NCBI GenBank assembly: GCA_963827235.1
Contig: CAWHAE010000020.1
Span: 96,001-160,000 of the forward strand
DNA from: an uncultured bacterium
GTDB taxonomy: Bacteria > Chloroflexota > UBA5177 > JANWHV01
Length of the DNA: 64,000 nucleotides
Direction of reading: 5' to 3'
Shown: in pieces, positions 1-9,893 of the stretch
Layout of the letters: the number at the start of each line of letters is the position of its first letter
How positions within the stretch are numbered: position 1 is the first letter of the stretch
Program-made: the position numbers and the translations under genes
The notes under the pieces: model-generated
Databases searched by the model: none
What the model saw: only the letters and a program-made list of their open reading frames with translations
Told to the model about the DNA's origin: nothing

Positions 1-45
1 CCCGTGTTCGGGTTCTCGCCTGAATATCTCTGGCTCAAGCACTGA
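1..45 (+). CDS. 3' end of an upstream gene, probably the peptide ABC substrate-binding protein (partial)
   Basis: Frame 1 reads PVFGFSPEYLWLKH-stop and ends 27 nt before a DppB-like permease. The product is inferred from context only. Confidence 0.35.
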   Translation, partial: PVFGFSPEYLWLKH

Positions 46-72
46 GAGCCGGATAGAAAGCAGGCCGATCCC

Positions 73-1026
73 ATGCTGACTGCGCTCACCCGGCGAGTGC
101 TCGCTTCGCTCGTCTCCATCGTCATACTCACCGTGCTGGTGTTCTGGGTTAGCGAGCTCACGCCGGGCGGGCCGGCCTCGACCATTCTCGGGCTGCACGC
201 CACCGAAGGCGCGGTCAAAAGTCTCAACGCTTCGCTGGGTGTCGATCGCCCGTTCGTCGTGCAGTACGCGGATTGGTGGGCGAACATGATCCAGGGCAAT
301 CTTGGATACTCCTACGTCCTGCACGAGCCGGTGACGACCGCGATCGGCCAGTATCTGGGCAACACGTTTGCTCTCGACGCAATCGCGCTGGTGCTCTCCG
401 TGCTGCTTTCGCTCGCCTTGGGCATGCTGCAGGGCGCCATGGATGGAACGTGCGTGAGCAAGCTGATCAGCCTGGCACAGTTTACGCTGTACGCTATGCC
501 CATCTTCTGGTTGGGCCTGATCCTGATCAGCGTGTTCTCGGTGTCGCTCAACCTGCTGCCCTCGAGCGGGTCGCAGAACCTGGCGAACAGCGGCTTCGAC
601 CTGGGCGACTATACGCGCCACCTCGTCCTGCCCGGCGCGACCCTGACACTGGTGTTCACGTCGTTCTTCTCACGTTACATGGGTGCCGCTGCCCGACAGG
701 AGTTCCGGCAGGCATACGTCAGCGTGGCTGCCGCCAAAGGCGCAGCCCCGCTGCGCATCGCGATGCGCCACGTGCTGCGCAACGCCGCTCGCCCGCTGGT
801 CACCCAGATAGGATTGTTCCTACCCTGGATCTTTGCCGGCGGCGTGGTCGTGGAGCAGGTGTTCAACTTTCCCGGGCTGGGCTACCTGCTGTGGCAATCG
901 GCCCTCCAGCACGACTATCCGGTGCTGATCGTGATCGTGTTGCTGATCGGCGTGTTCACCATCGTCGGTAACCTGCTGGCGGACGTGATCAACGGCCTGC
1001 TGGACAAGAGGGTGCACTATGCATGA
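73..1026 (+). CDS. Peptide/nickel ABC transporter permease (DppB/OppB-like)
   Basis: N-terminal PGGPA and GNLGYS, multiple TM segments, EAA-like loop AAAKGAAPLRIAMRHVLRNA, VVEQVFNFPGLG, DYPV. Confidence 0.93.
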   Translation: MLTALTRRVLASLVSIVILTVLVFWVSELTPGGPASTILGLHATEGAVKSLNASLGVDRPFVVQYADWWANMIQGNLGYSYVLHEPVTTAIGQYLGNTFALDAIALVLSVLLSLALGMLQGAMDGTCVSKLISLAQFTLYAMPIFWLGLILISVFSVSLNLLPSSGSQNLANSGFDLGDYTRHLVLPGATLTLVFTSFFSRYMGAAARQEFRQAYVSVAAAKGAAPLRIAMRHVLRNAARPLVTQIGLFLPWIFAGGVVVEQVFNFPGLGYLLWQSALQHDYPVLIVIVLLIGVFTIVGNLLADVINGLLDKRVHYA

Positions 1027-1903
1027 GAGCCAGGAACTGCGACTCAGCCGGGGCATCGCTCGCCGTTCCTGGAGGCTCCCCGGCCTTCCACAGTGGCTGA
1101 GGGAGCTCCCGGGAGGCGTCGACGTTGGGTTCATCGTGCTCGGCACGGTGACCGTGCTCACGTTTGTTGTGCCGCTCATCTACCATGCCAACCCGATAAC
1201 CGTCGATCCGCTCAACCAGCTCGCGCCGCCGTCGAGCGTTCACCCGTTGGGCACCGATCAGGTGGGCCGCGACCAGCTCGCCAGGGTGCTGGTAGGCGGC
1301 CAGGCCTCGCTGATCATCGGTTTCGCCGCGTCGATCCTCGCCGTTGCCATTGGCCTTGTCTACGGCTTGGCGGCCGGATTGGGCCCCAGACTGCTCGACG
1401 GGCTGCTCATGCGGCTGCTCGACGCGCTGCTGGCCGTGCCCACTATCGTGGTACTGCTGTTCCTGGCGGCTCTCGCCACGCTGGACAACGCCCTGCTCAT
1501 CGTCCTGCTGGGAGTCACCAGCTGGCCTCGCACCGCACGCGTCGTGAGGAACGAGACTCTGGCCTCGCGCGCGCGTGACTTCGTGACGGCCAGCAGGCAA
1601 TTTGGCGCGGGCACGTTGTGGATTGCGCGCGCGCACATTCTGCGCACGATCCTTCCAATCCTGGTCGTGAACCTCGTCTTCCTGCTGGCAGACAACGTGC
1701 TGGCGCTGTCCTTCCTCAGCTTCCTGGGTTTGGGAGTGCAGCCGCCCACGCCATCCTGGGGCAACCTTCTTTACGACGGGATGCAGAACATCTTCTCCAA
1801 CGCCTGGTGGATGATCTATCCGCCCGGGCTCATGATCTTCCTCACCGTAGTGGCCGTGAATCTGATCGGCGAAGGCGTGATCGGCGCCATGGAGCGCAGC
1901 TAG
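1019..1903 (+). CDS. Peptide ABC transporter permease (DppC/OppC-like)
   Basis: HPLGTDQVGRD, LSFLGLGVQPPTPSWG; overlaps the upstream permease stop. Confidence 0.93.
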   Translation: MHESQELRLSRGIARRSWRLPGLPQWLRELPGGVDVGFIVLGTVTVLTFVVPLIYHANPITVDPLNQLAPPSSVHPLGTDQVGRDQLARVLVGGQASLIIGFAASILAVAIGLVYGLAAGLGPRLLDGLLMRLLDALLAVPTIVVLLFLAALATLDNALLIVLLGVTSWPRTARVVRNETLASRARDFVTASRQFGAGTLWIARAHILRTILPILVVNLVFLLADNVLALSFLSFLGLGVQPPTPSWGNLLYDGMQNIFSNAWWMIYPPGLMIFLTVVAVNLIGEGVIGAMERS

Positions 1904-2911
1904 ATGGCTCTGCTTGAGGTCCAGGATCTGCACGTCGAGTTTCGCAGCCGCCACGGCGTGGTCCGGGCCGTCGACGGCGTGTCGTTTTCCGTCGACGCCG
2001 GAGAGGTAGTCGGCATCGTCGGCGAGTCGGGCTCGGGGAAGAGCATTACCGCTCTCTCTCTGCTGCGCCTCCTGCCCAGGGCGGCGCGTATTACCGGCGG
2101 GCAGATCCGCTTCGACGGCCGGGACCTGCTCAGGCAGCCCGAGCGAGAGCTGCGACGCATTCGGGGCAACCAGATAGCCATGGTGTTCCAGGATCCCATG
2201 ACGTCGCTCAACCCGACGCTCACGGTCGGGCACCAGATTGCCGAGAGCCACTACCTGCACCGGGGCGGTGGCTGGACCGCGGCCAGGAATCGGACCGTGG
2301 AGCTGCTGGATGCCGTTGGTGTCCCGGATGCGCGTGCGCGGCTTGGTGACTATCCGCACCAGTTTTCCGGCGGCATGCGGCAACGGGTGATGATCGCCAT
2401 GGCTCTCGCCTGTACGCCGCGCCTGCTGATCGCGGACGAGCCGACAACCGCGCTCGACGTGACTATCCAGGCGCAGATTCTGCAGCTTCTGCGCGACTTG
2501 CAGCAGCAGCTGAATATCGCCGTGCTGCTGATCACGCACGACATGGGCATCGTGGCCCAGAACACCCACAGGGTGCTGGTCATGTATGCCGGTCAGCTCG
2601 TGGAGGAGGGCGCGACCTCGACCCTGTTCGAACAACGCCTTCACCCGTACAGTGAAGCCTTGCTCGGCTGCGTGCCGCGCCTCGACATAGGCGACGGACT
2701 GCCGTCCGAACGCCTGGTCAGCATCCGAGGCGCCCCTCCGGACCTGGCGAGCTTGCCTGCCGGCTGCCGCTTTGCACCGCGTTGTCCTCACGCGGCCGCG
2801 AAGTGCAGCGAACATGTGCCCCTGCTCAGCACGGCGTTGCCCGGTCGCACAGTGGCCTGCTTCTATCCGCTAACCGGTGCCGATGGACCCGAGCCTGCCC
2901 TGATCGGTTGA
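1904..2911 (+). CDS. Peptide ABC transporter ATP-binding protein (DppD/OppD-like)
   Basis: Walker [31 protein letters not shown]-terminal GCRFAPRC. Confidence 0.95.
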   Translation: MALLEVQDLHVEFRSRHGVVRAVDGVSFSVDAGEVVGIVGESGSGKSITALSLLRLLPRAARITGGQIRFDGRDLLRQPERELRRIRGNQIAMVFQDPMTSLNPTLTVGHQIAESHYLHRGGGWTAARNRTVELLDAVGVPDARARLGDYPHQFSGGMRQRVMIAMALACTPRLLIADEPTTALDVTIQAQILQLLRDLQQQLNIAVLLITHDMGIVAQNTHRVLVMYAGQLVEEGATSTLFEQRLHPYSEALLGCVPRLDIGDGLPSERLVSIRGAPPDLASLPAGCRFAPRCPHAAAKCSEHVPLLSTALPGRTVACFYPLTGADGPEPALIG

Positions 2912-2922
2912 AAGGAATTTCC

Positions 2923-3960
2923 ATGGCCGTGGAAGCCGTTCGGCCGGCAGCTACACCGCTGCTGTCGGTCAAGCACCTCACGGTGACCTTCCGTGTTGCC
3001 GGCGGATTTGCCTGGCGACGCCATACACGCGGTGTCCAGGCGGTCTCAGACCTTTCATTCGACGTTGCCGCCGGTGAGACCTTGGGCCTTGTCGGCGAGA
3101 GCGGCTGCGGCAAGACCTCCACGGGCCGCGCCGTCCTCCAGATCGTGCGGCCTACAAACGGGCAGGTGTTCTTCGATGGCGAGGACCTGACGGCCATGGA
3201 CGAGTCGGCGCTTCGGCCGCGGCGGCGCAAGATGCAGCTCGTGTTCCAGGATCCCTTCGCTTCGCTCAATCCACGTATGACGGTGGGAGACATCCTGGCC
3301 GAGCCCCTGGCCGTGCAACACGTCGGCACGCGTGGAGAGCGTTCACGGGCGGTGGCCGACCTGCTGCATATGGTTGGGCTCGGCGCGCATGCCACTCGCC
3401 GCTATCCTCACGAATTCTCCGGCGGCCAGCGGCAGCGCATTGCCATCGCTCGGGCGCTGGCCCTGCGGCCGGAGTTTCTGGTGCTCGACGAGCCGGTATC
3501 CGCTCTGGATGTCTCTATCCAGGCTCAGGTGCTCAATCTGCTCGTCGATCTCCAGCGGGAGCTGCACCTCACCTATCTGTTCATCGCGCACAACCTTGCC
3601 GTCGTGCGCTACATGTCGAGCCGGGTGGCCGTGATGTACCTTGGCAAGATGGCCGAGATTGGGCCGGCGCGCGCCCTCTACCGGACGCCGGCACACCCGT
3701 ACACTGCAGGCCTGCTGTCGGCCGTACCGGTTCCCGACCCGGCCCAGCAGCAGGCGAGTAAATCGCCCCAGCTCAAGGGGGACCTGCCCTCTCCCATGGC
3801 TCCGCCGTCGGGTTGCCGCTTTCACACTCGCTGCCCAAGGGCTCAGGCACGATGCCGTGACGAGGAGCCCTTGCTGCGTGCGATCGGGGAGGACCATGTC
3901 GCTGCCTGTCACTATCCGTTGACGCCGTCCCCTGCCTTCGCGCAAGCTGCGCCGGATTAG
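2923..3960 (+). CDS. Peptide ABC transporter ATP-binding protein (DppF/OppF-like)
   Basis: GESGCGKT, YPHEFSGGQRQR, LDEPVSALD, GCRFHTRC. Start moved to ATG 2923 after AAGGA. Confidence 0.95.
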   Translation: MAVEAVRPAATPLLSVKHLTVTFRVAGGFAWRRHTRGVQAVSDLSFDVAAGETLGLVGESGCGKTSTGRAVLQIVRPTNGQVFFDGEDLTAMDESALRPRRRKMQLVFQDPFASLNPRMTVGDILAEPLAVQHVGTRGERSRAVADLLHMVGLGAHATRRYPHEFSGGQRQRIAIARALALRPEFLVLDEPVSALDVSIQAQVLNLLVDLQRELHLTYLFIAHNLAVVRYMSSRVAVMYLGKMAEIGPARALYRTPAHPYTAGLLSAVPVPDPAQQQASKSPQLKGDLPSPMAPPSGCRFHTRCPRAQARCRDEEPLLRAIGEDHVAACHYPLTPSPAFAQAAPD

Positions 3961-3966
3961 CAACCT

Positions 3967-3999
3967 GCCGGCTATCGGTCGTTGGTCCGATAGGGCGGC
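3967..3999 (+). terminator. GC-rich hairpin after the ABC operon (possible terminator or stabilising stem)
   Basis: CTATCGG pairs with CCGATAG, flanked by GCCG/CGGC. No U-tract. Confidence 0.4.
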
Positions 4000-4227
4000 G
4001 AGACAATCGCGGGTGACGGCGCCTCGGTGGTTAGCACGGATAAGCACTGTCCCGCGTGCCAACCTCGCCGCCGGAAACGGCGTTCACCTGACGGTAAGTG
4101 GCCGCCGGGCAGCCAATCTGCCCAGTGGATAACCGCATTCACTGGCACTGGTCTTCATTTCAGAGTCAGGCTGAGTGCCTGCGCAATGCCTGGCAGCCGG
4201 CAGGCTGCCGGAGGGAGATGGCGTGCC

Positions 4228-5184
4228 ATGCTCACACTCGTTTGTCCGCCCGAGGCCTTGCATCGTGCCTGGGACAACAGCCTGCGTCCCGCACTGACCA
4301 TAGATCCCGGCGATGAAGTCACGTTCTCGACCGTCGACGCGAAGGACGGCCAGGTTCCTGCGCCGGGCTGGGCCGCGCCCCGTGCTCCCTCGCAGTCCAT
4401 GGGGATCCGGCCGGCAATCGCACCGGGCCATCCTCTGAGCGGGCCGGTTGCCGTAAGAGGTGCCCGCCCTGGCGACGTGCTTGAGGTCCGAGTTCTGGAG
4501 GTCAGGCCGGACGATTGGGGCTGGACCGCGACCGGCGACAACGGTCTGCTGGCCGGCGAGGACGAGGGCCCCTATCGGCTGTATTGGGATCTGCGGGGTA
4601 CCCGTGCCGTACCGTGGTTCGAAATGCCTCGTCCCCCGCTTCCGGTGAGCGTGCCCATGCGGCCCTTTTGCGGGGTCATGGGCACGGCGCCGGCCGAACC
4701 CGGCGAGTGCTCCACCATACCGCCGCGCTCGGTCGGAGGCAATATGGACGTGCGGTCGCTCGTGGCGGGAAGCGTTCTGCTGCTTCCGGTCGCGGTGGAA
4801 GGTGCCCTCTTCTCGGTGGGAGACGTGCATGCGGCGCAGGGGCACGGTGAAGTTTGCGGTACCGGTATCGAGTGCCGAGCCACGGTGCGCCTCCGCTTCG
4901 ATCTGCGGCGCGATCGCACCCTTGTCGCTCCCGAGTTCCAGGTGCCCTCGCTCCCATCCGCCGGTGCGGCGTACGGCACGACAGGCATCTCGCCGGATCT
5001 GATGGAAGCGGCGCGCCTGGCGGTCGGGCGCATGATCGCCTACCTGGGTGAAGCACATCAGCTGAGCTTCAGCGAGGCGTATATCCTGTGTAGTGTGGCA
5101 GTCGATCTGAGCATCGCCGAGGTCGTGAATCCGCCGAAATGGGTGGTAACGGCACAACTCCCGCTGCACGTGTTAGAGGCGTGA
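4228..5184 (+). CDS. Acetamidase/formamidase family protein
   Basis: GHPLSGPVAVRGARPGDVL, PFCGVMG, GGNMD, GDVHAAQGHGEVCGTGIE. ATG 4228 lies downstream of GGAGGGAG. Confidence 0.9.
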   Translation: MLTLVCPPEALHRAWDNSLRPALTIDPGDEVTFSTVDAKDGQVPAPGWAAPRAPSQSMGIRPAIAPGHPLSGPVAVRGARPGDVLEVRVLEVRPDDWGWTATGDNGLLAGEDEGPYRLYWDLRGTRAVPWFEMPRPPLPVSVPMRPFCGVMGTAPAEPGECSTIPPRSVGGNMDVRSLVAGSVLLLPVAVEGALFSVGDVHAAQGHGEVCGTGIECRATVRLRFDLRRDRTLVAPEFQVPSLPSAGAAYGTTGISPDLMEAARLAVGRMIAYLGEAHQLSFSEAYILCSVAVDLSIAEVVNPPKWVVTAQLPLHVLEA

Positions 5185-5301
5185 TAGCGCCGTTGCTGGA
5201 GTGAGGACTTGCGGTTACACGCACCGACACTCGGTTGCGACTCCGTCATGCAGGCTCGGATCTGACGCGCCCCCTCGCCGGTGGAATGGGAGGACACGCC
5301 G

Positions 5302-6843
5302 ATGACGGCTGCTGGCGACCCCGATCTACATGAGGCAAGCGTCGAACGTCTGCAGTCATGGATGGCAGCGGGCGACCTGACGTCGCGGACGCTCGCAGAG
5401 CATTTTCTGTCGCGAATCGAACAGATCGACCGCCGAGGGCCATGCCTGCGCTCGGTGATCGAGGTCGATGCCAGCGCGCTCGATGCCGCCGAAGCCCTTG
5501 ACCGCGAGCGCCGATCCGGCGCTGTGAGGGGGCCTCTGCACGGCATTCCCATCCTGCTCAAAGACAACCTGGATACGGCTGGCGCCATGATGACCACGGC
5601 CGGCTCACTGGCCCTGGCCGGAGCACCCGCCCGGATGGACTCCACCGTTGCGGCACAGCTCCGCGCCGCGGGTGCCGTGATTCTGGGTAAGGCAAATATG
5701 AGCGAGTGGGCCAACTTCCGCTCGGGCTCGTCCACAAGCGGCTGGAGCGCGCGCGGCGGCCAGTGCCGCAATCCCTACGTGCTGGATCGGAATCCGCGCG
5801 GCTCGAGCTCGGGCTCGGCGGCGGCGGTTGCCGGGGGCCTGTGCGCCGTGGCAATCGGCACGGAGACGGACGGCTCCATCGTCAGTCCGGCCGGTGCCTG
5901 CGGCGTGGTTGGGATCAAGCCGTCCGTAGGGCTGGTCAGCCGGGCAGGCATCGTGCCAATCTCCGGCACGCAGGACACGGCGGGACCGCTTGCCCGTACG
6001 GTTGCCGACGCGGCGGCCGTCCTCACTGCTATCACGGCCCAGGCGATTGACCCTCGGGATCCGGCTGCAGCGCCGCGAGGCCCCTTCACGGACTACATGC
6101 GGGCGCTGGATCGGAACGGCCTCTCTGGCGCGCGACTGGGAGTGGCCAGGAATCTCGGCTTCGGATTCAGCTCGAAGGTCGATAGCGCAGTGGAAGCGGC
6201 AATCGACACCATGCGGGCGGCGGGCGCGGTGATCGTTGATCCGGTGCGGATTGCTTCGGATCTTGAAGCCGCGTCCGTTGCCGAGCATCAGGTGCTGCTC
6301 TTCGAGTTCAAGCACTGCTTGAACGCTTATCTTGCCGGCCGGAACGACGTGGCGCTGAACCGCGAGGGATTCCCGCGCACGCTCGCCGGGCTGATCGCCT
6401 TCAACGAGGCGCATCGCGACCAGGAGCTGCGATTCTTCGGTCAGGATCTGCTCCTCGAATCCGAGGCGTGCGGACCTCTCACCGATCCCGGTTACCTGGA
6501 CGCGCTTGGGACCAGTAGGCGGCTGTCCGGTCCGGACGGTATCGACGCCGTGCTGGACGACTATGAGTTGGATGCCCTGATCATGCCGACCGGCGGCCCG
6601 GCAGCGCCCACCGATCTCGTCAACGGCGATCCGAACACCCTGGGTACGTCCTCTCCGGCCGCGCGGTGCGGCTACCCGCTGATCAGCGTGCCTGCCGGCC
6701 TCGTGTGCGGATTGCCCGTGAATGTCACCTTCGCCGGGAGGCAGTTCGCCGAGGCGCTCCTGATCAAGCTGGCATTTGCCTTCGAGCAGGCGGCACAGGC
6801 GAGGCGGTCGCCCAAATTCCTGCCCACGCTGGCGCTGGATTAG
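5302..6843 (+). CDS. Amidase signature family enzyme (peptide amidase-like)
   Basis: Catalytic triad motifs LLKDN, GSSSGS and GTETDGSI. GGAGG precedes ATG 5302. Confidence 0.93.
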   Translation: MTAAGDPDLHEASVERLQSWMAAGDLTSRTLAEHFLSRIEQIDRRGPCLRSVIEVDASALDAAEALDRERRSGAVRGPLHGIPILLKDNLDTAGAMMTTAGSLALAGAPARMDSTVAAQLRAAGAVILGKANMSEWANFRSGSSTSGWSARGGQCRNPYVLDRNPRGSSSGSAAAVAGGLCAVAIGTETDGSIVSPAGACGVVGIKPSVGLVSRAGIVPISGTQDTAGPLARTVADAAAVLTAITAQAIDPRDPAAAPRGPFTDYMRALDRNGLSGARLGVARNLGFGFSSKVDSAVEAAIDTMRAAGAVIVDPVRIASDLEAASVAEHQVLLFEFKHCLNAYLAGRNDVALNREGFPRTLAGLIAFNEAHRDQELRFFGQDLLLESEACGPLTDPGYLDALGTSRRLSGPDGIDAVLDDYELDALIMPTGGPAAPTDLVNGDPNTLGTSSPAARCGYPLISVPAGLVCGLPVNVTFAGRQFAEALLIKLAFAFEQAAQARRSPKFLPTLALD

Positions 6844-7069
6844 CTGGGCACCCAGCCCTAGTCCAGGGATCGGCTAGGCAGCGTTGCGCTCCTGCGATTG
6901 GGCCCGCCTGCCCGGCGACGCCCGGGTCATGACCGGCGGCCTGCCCTTCGACCCACCGGCCTCTGCACCGGCTGGTACGCAGTGGCTCGGCGGTGCTATA
7001 CTCGCTCGTGCCGGCGATGCAGCGGCACAATCCGCGGTATGCCGCATATGCGCGTGGGATCGAGTGCGC

Positions 7070-7143
7070 GGGCGAATAGCTCAGTTGGTTAGAGCGTCCG
7101 GTTTACACCCGGAAGGTCACAGGTTCGAGCCCTGTTTCGCCCA
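7070..7143 (+). tRNA. tRNA-Val(TAC), CCA not encoded
   Basis: Acceptor stem GGGCGAA/TTCGCCC, D arm AGCTCAGTTGGTTAGAGC, anticodon stem TCCGG/CCGGA with loop TT-TAC-AC, T loop GGTTCGAG. Followed by ACCC. Confidence 0.96.
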
Positions 7144-7578
7144 CCCTGTAGCTCGTCCGGCTCTTCTGCCCCTCCCCTCGCCGTTGCGCTACTTCGCGCC
7201 CCGCACGCCCCGCGTCCGTCGACTGTGCGACGTACTTCTGTCGCCCGGCTCCGCGATCCCAGGGTCGTTGCATGTCGTGATGGCCCGCCGCATCCGGGCC
7301 TGGTCCGCTTGCCGCATGCCGGCCTCGTCTCGCACACCGCTCGACCCGGGGGGTGATGGCGGCGCCCGCCGACCGAACCGGTGCCGACCACCAAGCCTGC
7401 ATGAACCGGACTGGCCAATGACAGAACCCCACGTTGCTGGGATACTGGACTCGTCCGCCAGAGCTTACGTGGCACTGAGGCCGGCGTAGGTGCGGCGCGT
7501 ACGGACCGCATTGCCCCATCGGGTGAACCGGTGATCGTGCCTGCAACGGACAGGCAGTAGCGCGGCTACAGCAATTAG

Positions 7579-9504
7579 GTGAGGATGTCGCAGGTGCAAA
7601 CAGAGCAATCAGAGGGCACCGTCGAGGGTCGGGTCGGGTCAGCCAATGGTCGTACCACCCTGCCGAAAGGTACCGTGCTCGCTAAGCGCTATCAGATCAC
7701 GCAGGTGGTCGGCCTCGGTGGCATGAGCACGGTGTACGCGGCGCGCGACATGCGCTTCGCGAACACCTTCAAGCCCTGCGCGGTCAAGGAAATGAGCGAC
7801 ACCTCTCAAGGCAAGGCCGATCGCGCTCAGCTCCTGCAGACGTTCGAGCGCGAAGCCAATCTGCTCGCGGGGTTGAGCCACCCGGCGATTCCGAAGGTAT
7901 ATGACTACTTCACCCAGGGCGACCAGGTGTACCTAGTCCTCGAATTCATCAAGGGCAACGACCTGGAGACCGTGCTCAACGCCAACGAAGACCTCATCCC
8001 GCAGGAGACAGTGCTGGAGTACGCGCTGCAGATTGTCGACGTGCTTGCCTATCTGCACAACCACAAGCCGCTGCCGATCGTATTCCGCGACCTCAAGCCG
8101 TCCAACGTGATGCTCACGGACGACAACCGCATCGTGCTGATCGATTTCGGCATAGCCAAGGCATTCCAGGCCAGGACCAAGGGCACCATGATCGGTACCG
8201 AGGGCTACTGCCCGCCGGAGCAGTATCGCGGCATGTCTGAGCCGCGCGGCGACCTCTACTCGCTCGCCGCCCTCATGCACCACATGCTGACCCGCATCGA
8301 TCCGCGGCTGGAAGCGCCGTTTACCTTCGCGGAGCGCCCGCCGACCAAGATCAACCCCAGCGTGTCGAAGAACGTCGAAGCGCTCATCTTGCGAGCCCTG
8401 GCCTATCTGCCTGAGGATCGGTTCGCTACGGCCGAGGAGATGCGCCAGGCTATCGAGACGTGCATGACGAGACAGCGGATCGGCACGCACTTGATGACCG
8501 GCAGCGTGGCCGGCCTGGGCGGCAGCGTGGCCAATGACGGTCAGCCGCGACTGCGCTGGAAGTTCATGGCGGAAGACGAGATCAGATCGACTCCGCTCGT
8601 ACACGACGGGGTGCTCTACACCGGCACGTACGACCAGAACCTGTACGCCCTCGACCCGGTGACCGGCGCGCTGCGCTGGAAGTTCGCCACCGAAGGCGGC
8701 ATCTGCTCGACCCCGGCTGCCTCCGGTGACGTGGTGATTTTCGGCTCGGAAGACAACAACGTGTACGCGCTCAACGTGGCGCAGCACTCCGTGCAGTGGC
8801 TCTTTCAGACGAAGGCTCGGGTCAGATCTTCGGCCTGGCTCACCGACACGGCCTGCTATATCGGATCGGACGATGGACACCTCTACGCGCTCGACCTGCA
8901 GACCGGGTACGAGATGTGGCGCTACCGTACCTGGAAGCCGCTGCGCTGCAGGCCCTGCGTGCACGACCAGATGGTCTACATCGGTTCCGAGGATATGTCG
9001 GTCTATGCAGTGGAAACCGCTTCAGGCGTGATGAAGTGGAAGTTTCAGACCTTGCGCGAGATCACGAGCTCCCCGATCGTCGTGGACAAGTGCGTGCTGA
9101 TCGGCAGCATGGATGGGCACCTCTACTGTTTTGACGCGGAGCTGGGCTGGCAGATCTGGCGCTTCAAGACCGGCCACTACGTGCTCGGCGGTCCGAAGTG
9201 CCAGAACGGCATGGTGTACGTGGGTTCGACGGACCAGAATCTCTACGCCATTGATATTCAGACCGGTAAGCTCGCCTGGAAATTCCAGGCCGGCGGTCAG
9301 ATCAGCTCTACGCCGCTCGTGTCGGGAGACCTGCTCTTCTTCACCTGTATCGACCAGAATCTGTACTGTCTCAATGCGCGCACGGGGCGCCTCGCCTGGC
9401 GGTACCGCGCGGGAGGCATGATTCCCGGCTCGCCGATCCTGCACGAGCGCACGATCTACTTCGGCGCCGCCGATTCCTGGCTCTATGCGGTTTCAGTGGA
9501 TTGA
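7579..9504 (+). CDS. Hanks-type Ser/Thr protein kinase with C-terminal PQQ-like (BamB-type) beta-propeller
   Basis: GLGGMSTVY, AVKE, FRDLKPSN, DFG, GTEGYCPPEQ, then about 8 repeats of GSxDxxLYAxDxxTGxxxW. No TM segment. Start may be ATG 7585. Confidence 0.92.
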   Translation: MRMSQVQTEQSEGTVEGRVGSANGRTTLPKGTVLAKRYQITQVVGLGGMSTVYAARDMRFANTFKPCAVKEMSDTSQGKADRAQLLQTFEREANLLAGLSHPAIPKVYDYFTQGDQVYLVLEFIKGNDLETVLNANEDLIPQETVLEYALQIVDVLAYLHNHKPLPIVFRDLKPSNVMLTDDNRIVLIDFGIAKAFQARTKGTMIGTEGYCPPEQYRGMSEPRGDLYSLAALMHHMLTRIDPRLEAPFTFAERPPTKINPSVSKNVEALILRALAYLPEDRFATAEEMRQAIETCMTRQRIGTHLMTGSVAGLGGSVANDGQPRLRWKFMAEDEIRSTPLVHDGVLYTGTYDQNLYALDPVTGALRWKFATEGGICSTPAASGDVVIFGSEDNNVYALNVAQHSVQWLFQTKARVRSSAWLTDTACYIGSDDGHLYALDLQTGYEMWRYRTWKPLRCRPCVHDQMVYIGSEDMSVYAVETASGVMKWKFQTLREITSSPIVVDKCVLIGSMDGHLYCFDAELGWQIWRFKTGHYVLGGPKCQNGMVYVGSTDQNLYAIDIQTGKLAWKFQAGGQISSTPLVSGDLLFFTCIDQNLYCLNARTGRLAWRYRAGGMIPGSPILHERTIYFGAADSWLYAVSVD

Positions 9505-9532
9505 TCTGCCGCACACCGTCTGAGAGGATGCG

Positions 9533-9787
9533 ATGAGAACGATTGTTGCCCATATGTCGGGAGAAGATCCGTTTCTGGCAGAGATGGTAGAGCTGCCCAA
9601 GCCGACGGATACTACGGTAGAGGTTTTCAACGCTCGCACCCGCGAGGGTAAGCCGCTGCGGTATGCCAGCCCCGGCATGTCGAGCCTCATCTACCCGATG
9701 CACCGCGTGCAGTTCATCGAGGTCATGGCCAGCGAGGAGGAGCGTGCCCAGGTCGTGGAGTTCTTCCGCGAGCGTGGCGGCTACTAA
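9533..9787 (+). CDS. Small hypothetical protein (84 aa), likely co-transcribed with the kinase
   Basis: GAGG RBS, 28 nt after the kinase stop, protein-like composition, followed by a hairpin. Confidence 0.75.
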   Translation: MRTIVAHMSGEDPFLAEMVELPKPTDTTVEVFNARTREGKPLRYASPGMSSLIYPMHRVQFIEVMASEEERAQVVEFFRERGGY

Positions 9788-9799
9788 AGCGCGGAACCG

Positions 9800-9823
9800 G
9801 GTTCCTGTCGGCTGACGGGAACC
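9800..9823. terminator. Hairpin between convergent genes
   Basis: GGTTCCTGTC-GGCT-GACGGGAACC, a 10-bp stem with one G-U pair. Confidence 0.5.
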
Positions 9824-9893
9824 ATGACGACCCGGGGCGGTCGACCTGCCGAGGCATGCGTGGTGCACGACCCTGCCGGCTCTGCGCGGCCGC

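Noticed and set aside
989-2815. 608-aa antisense ORF, and similar long shadow ORFs (42233-44017, 45828-47477, 49717-51921)
   Set aside because: They lie opposite well-supported genes and show no family motifs. Long antisense ORFs are expected in high-GC DNA.
7070-7578. tRNA-Val as an integration site for an island
   Set aside because: No integrase or mobile genes are nearby, and I noticed no duplicate of the tRNA 3' end. The flanking genes look chromosomal.
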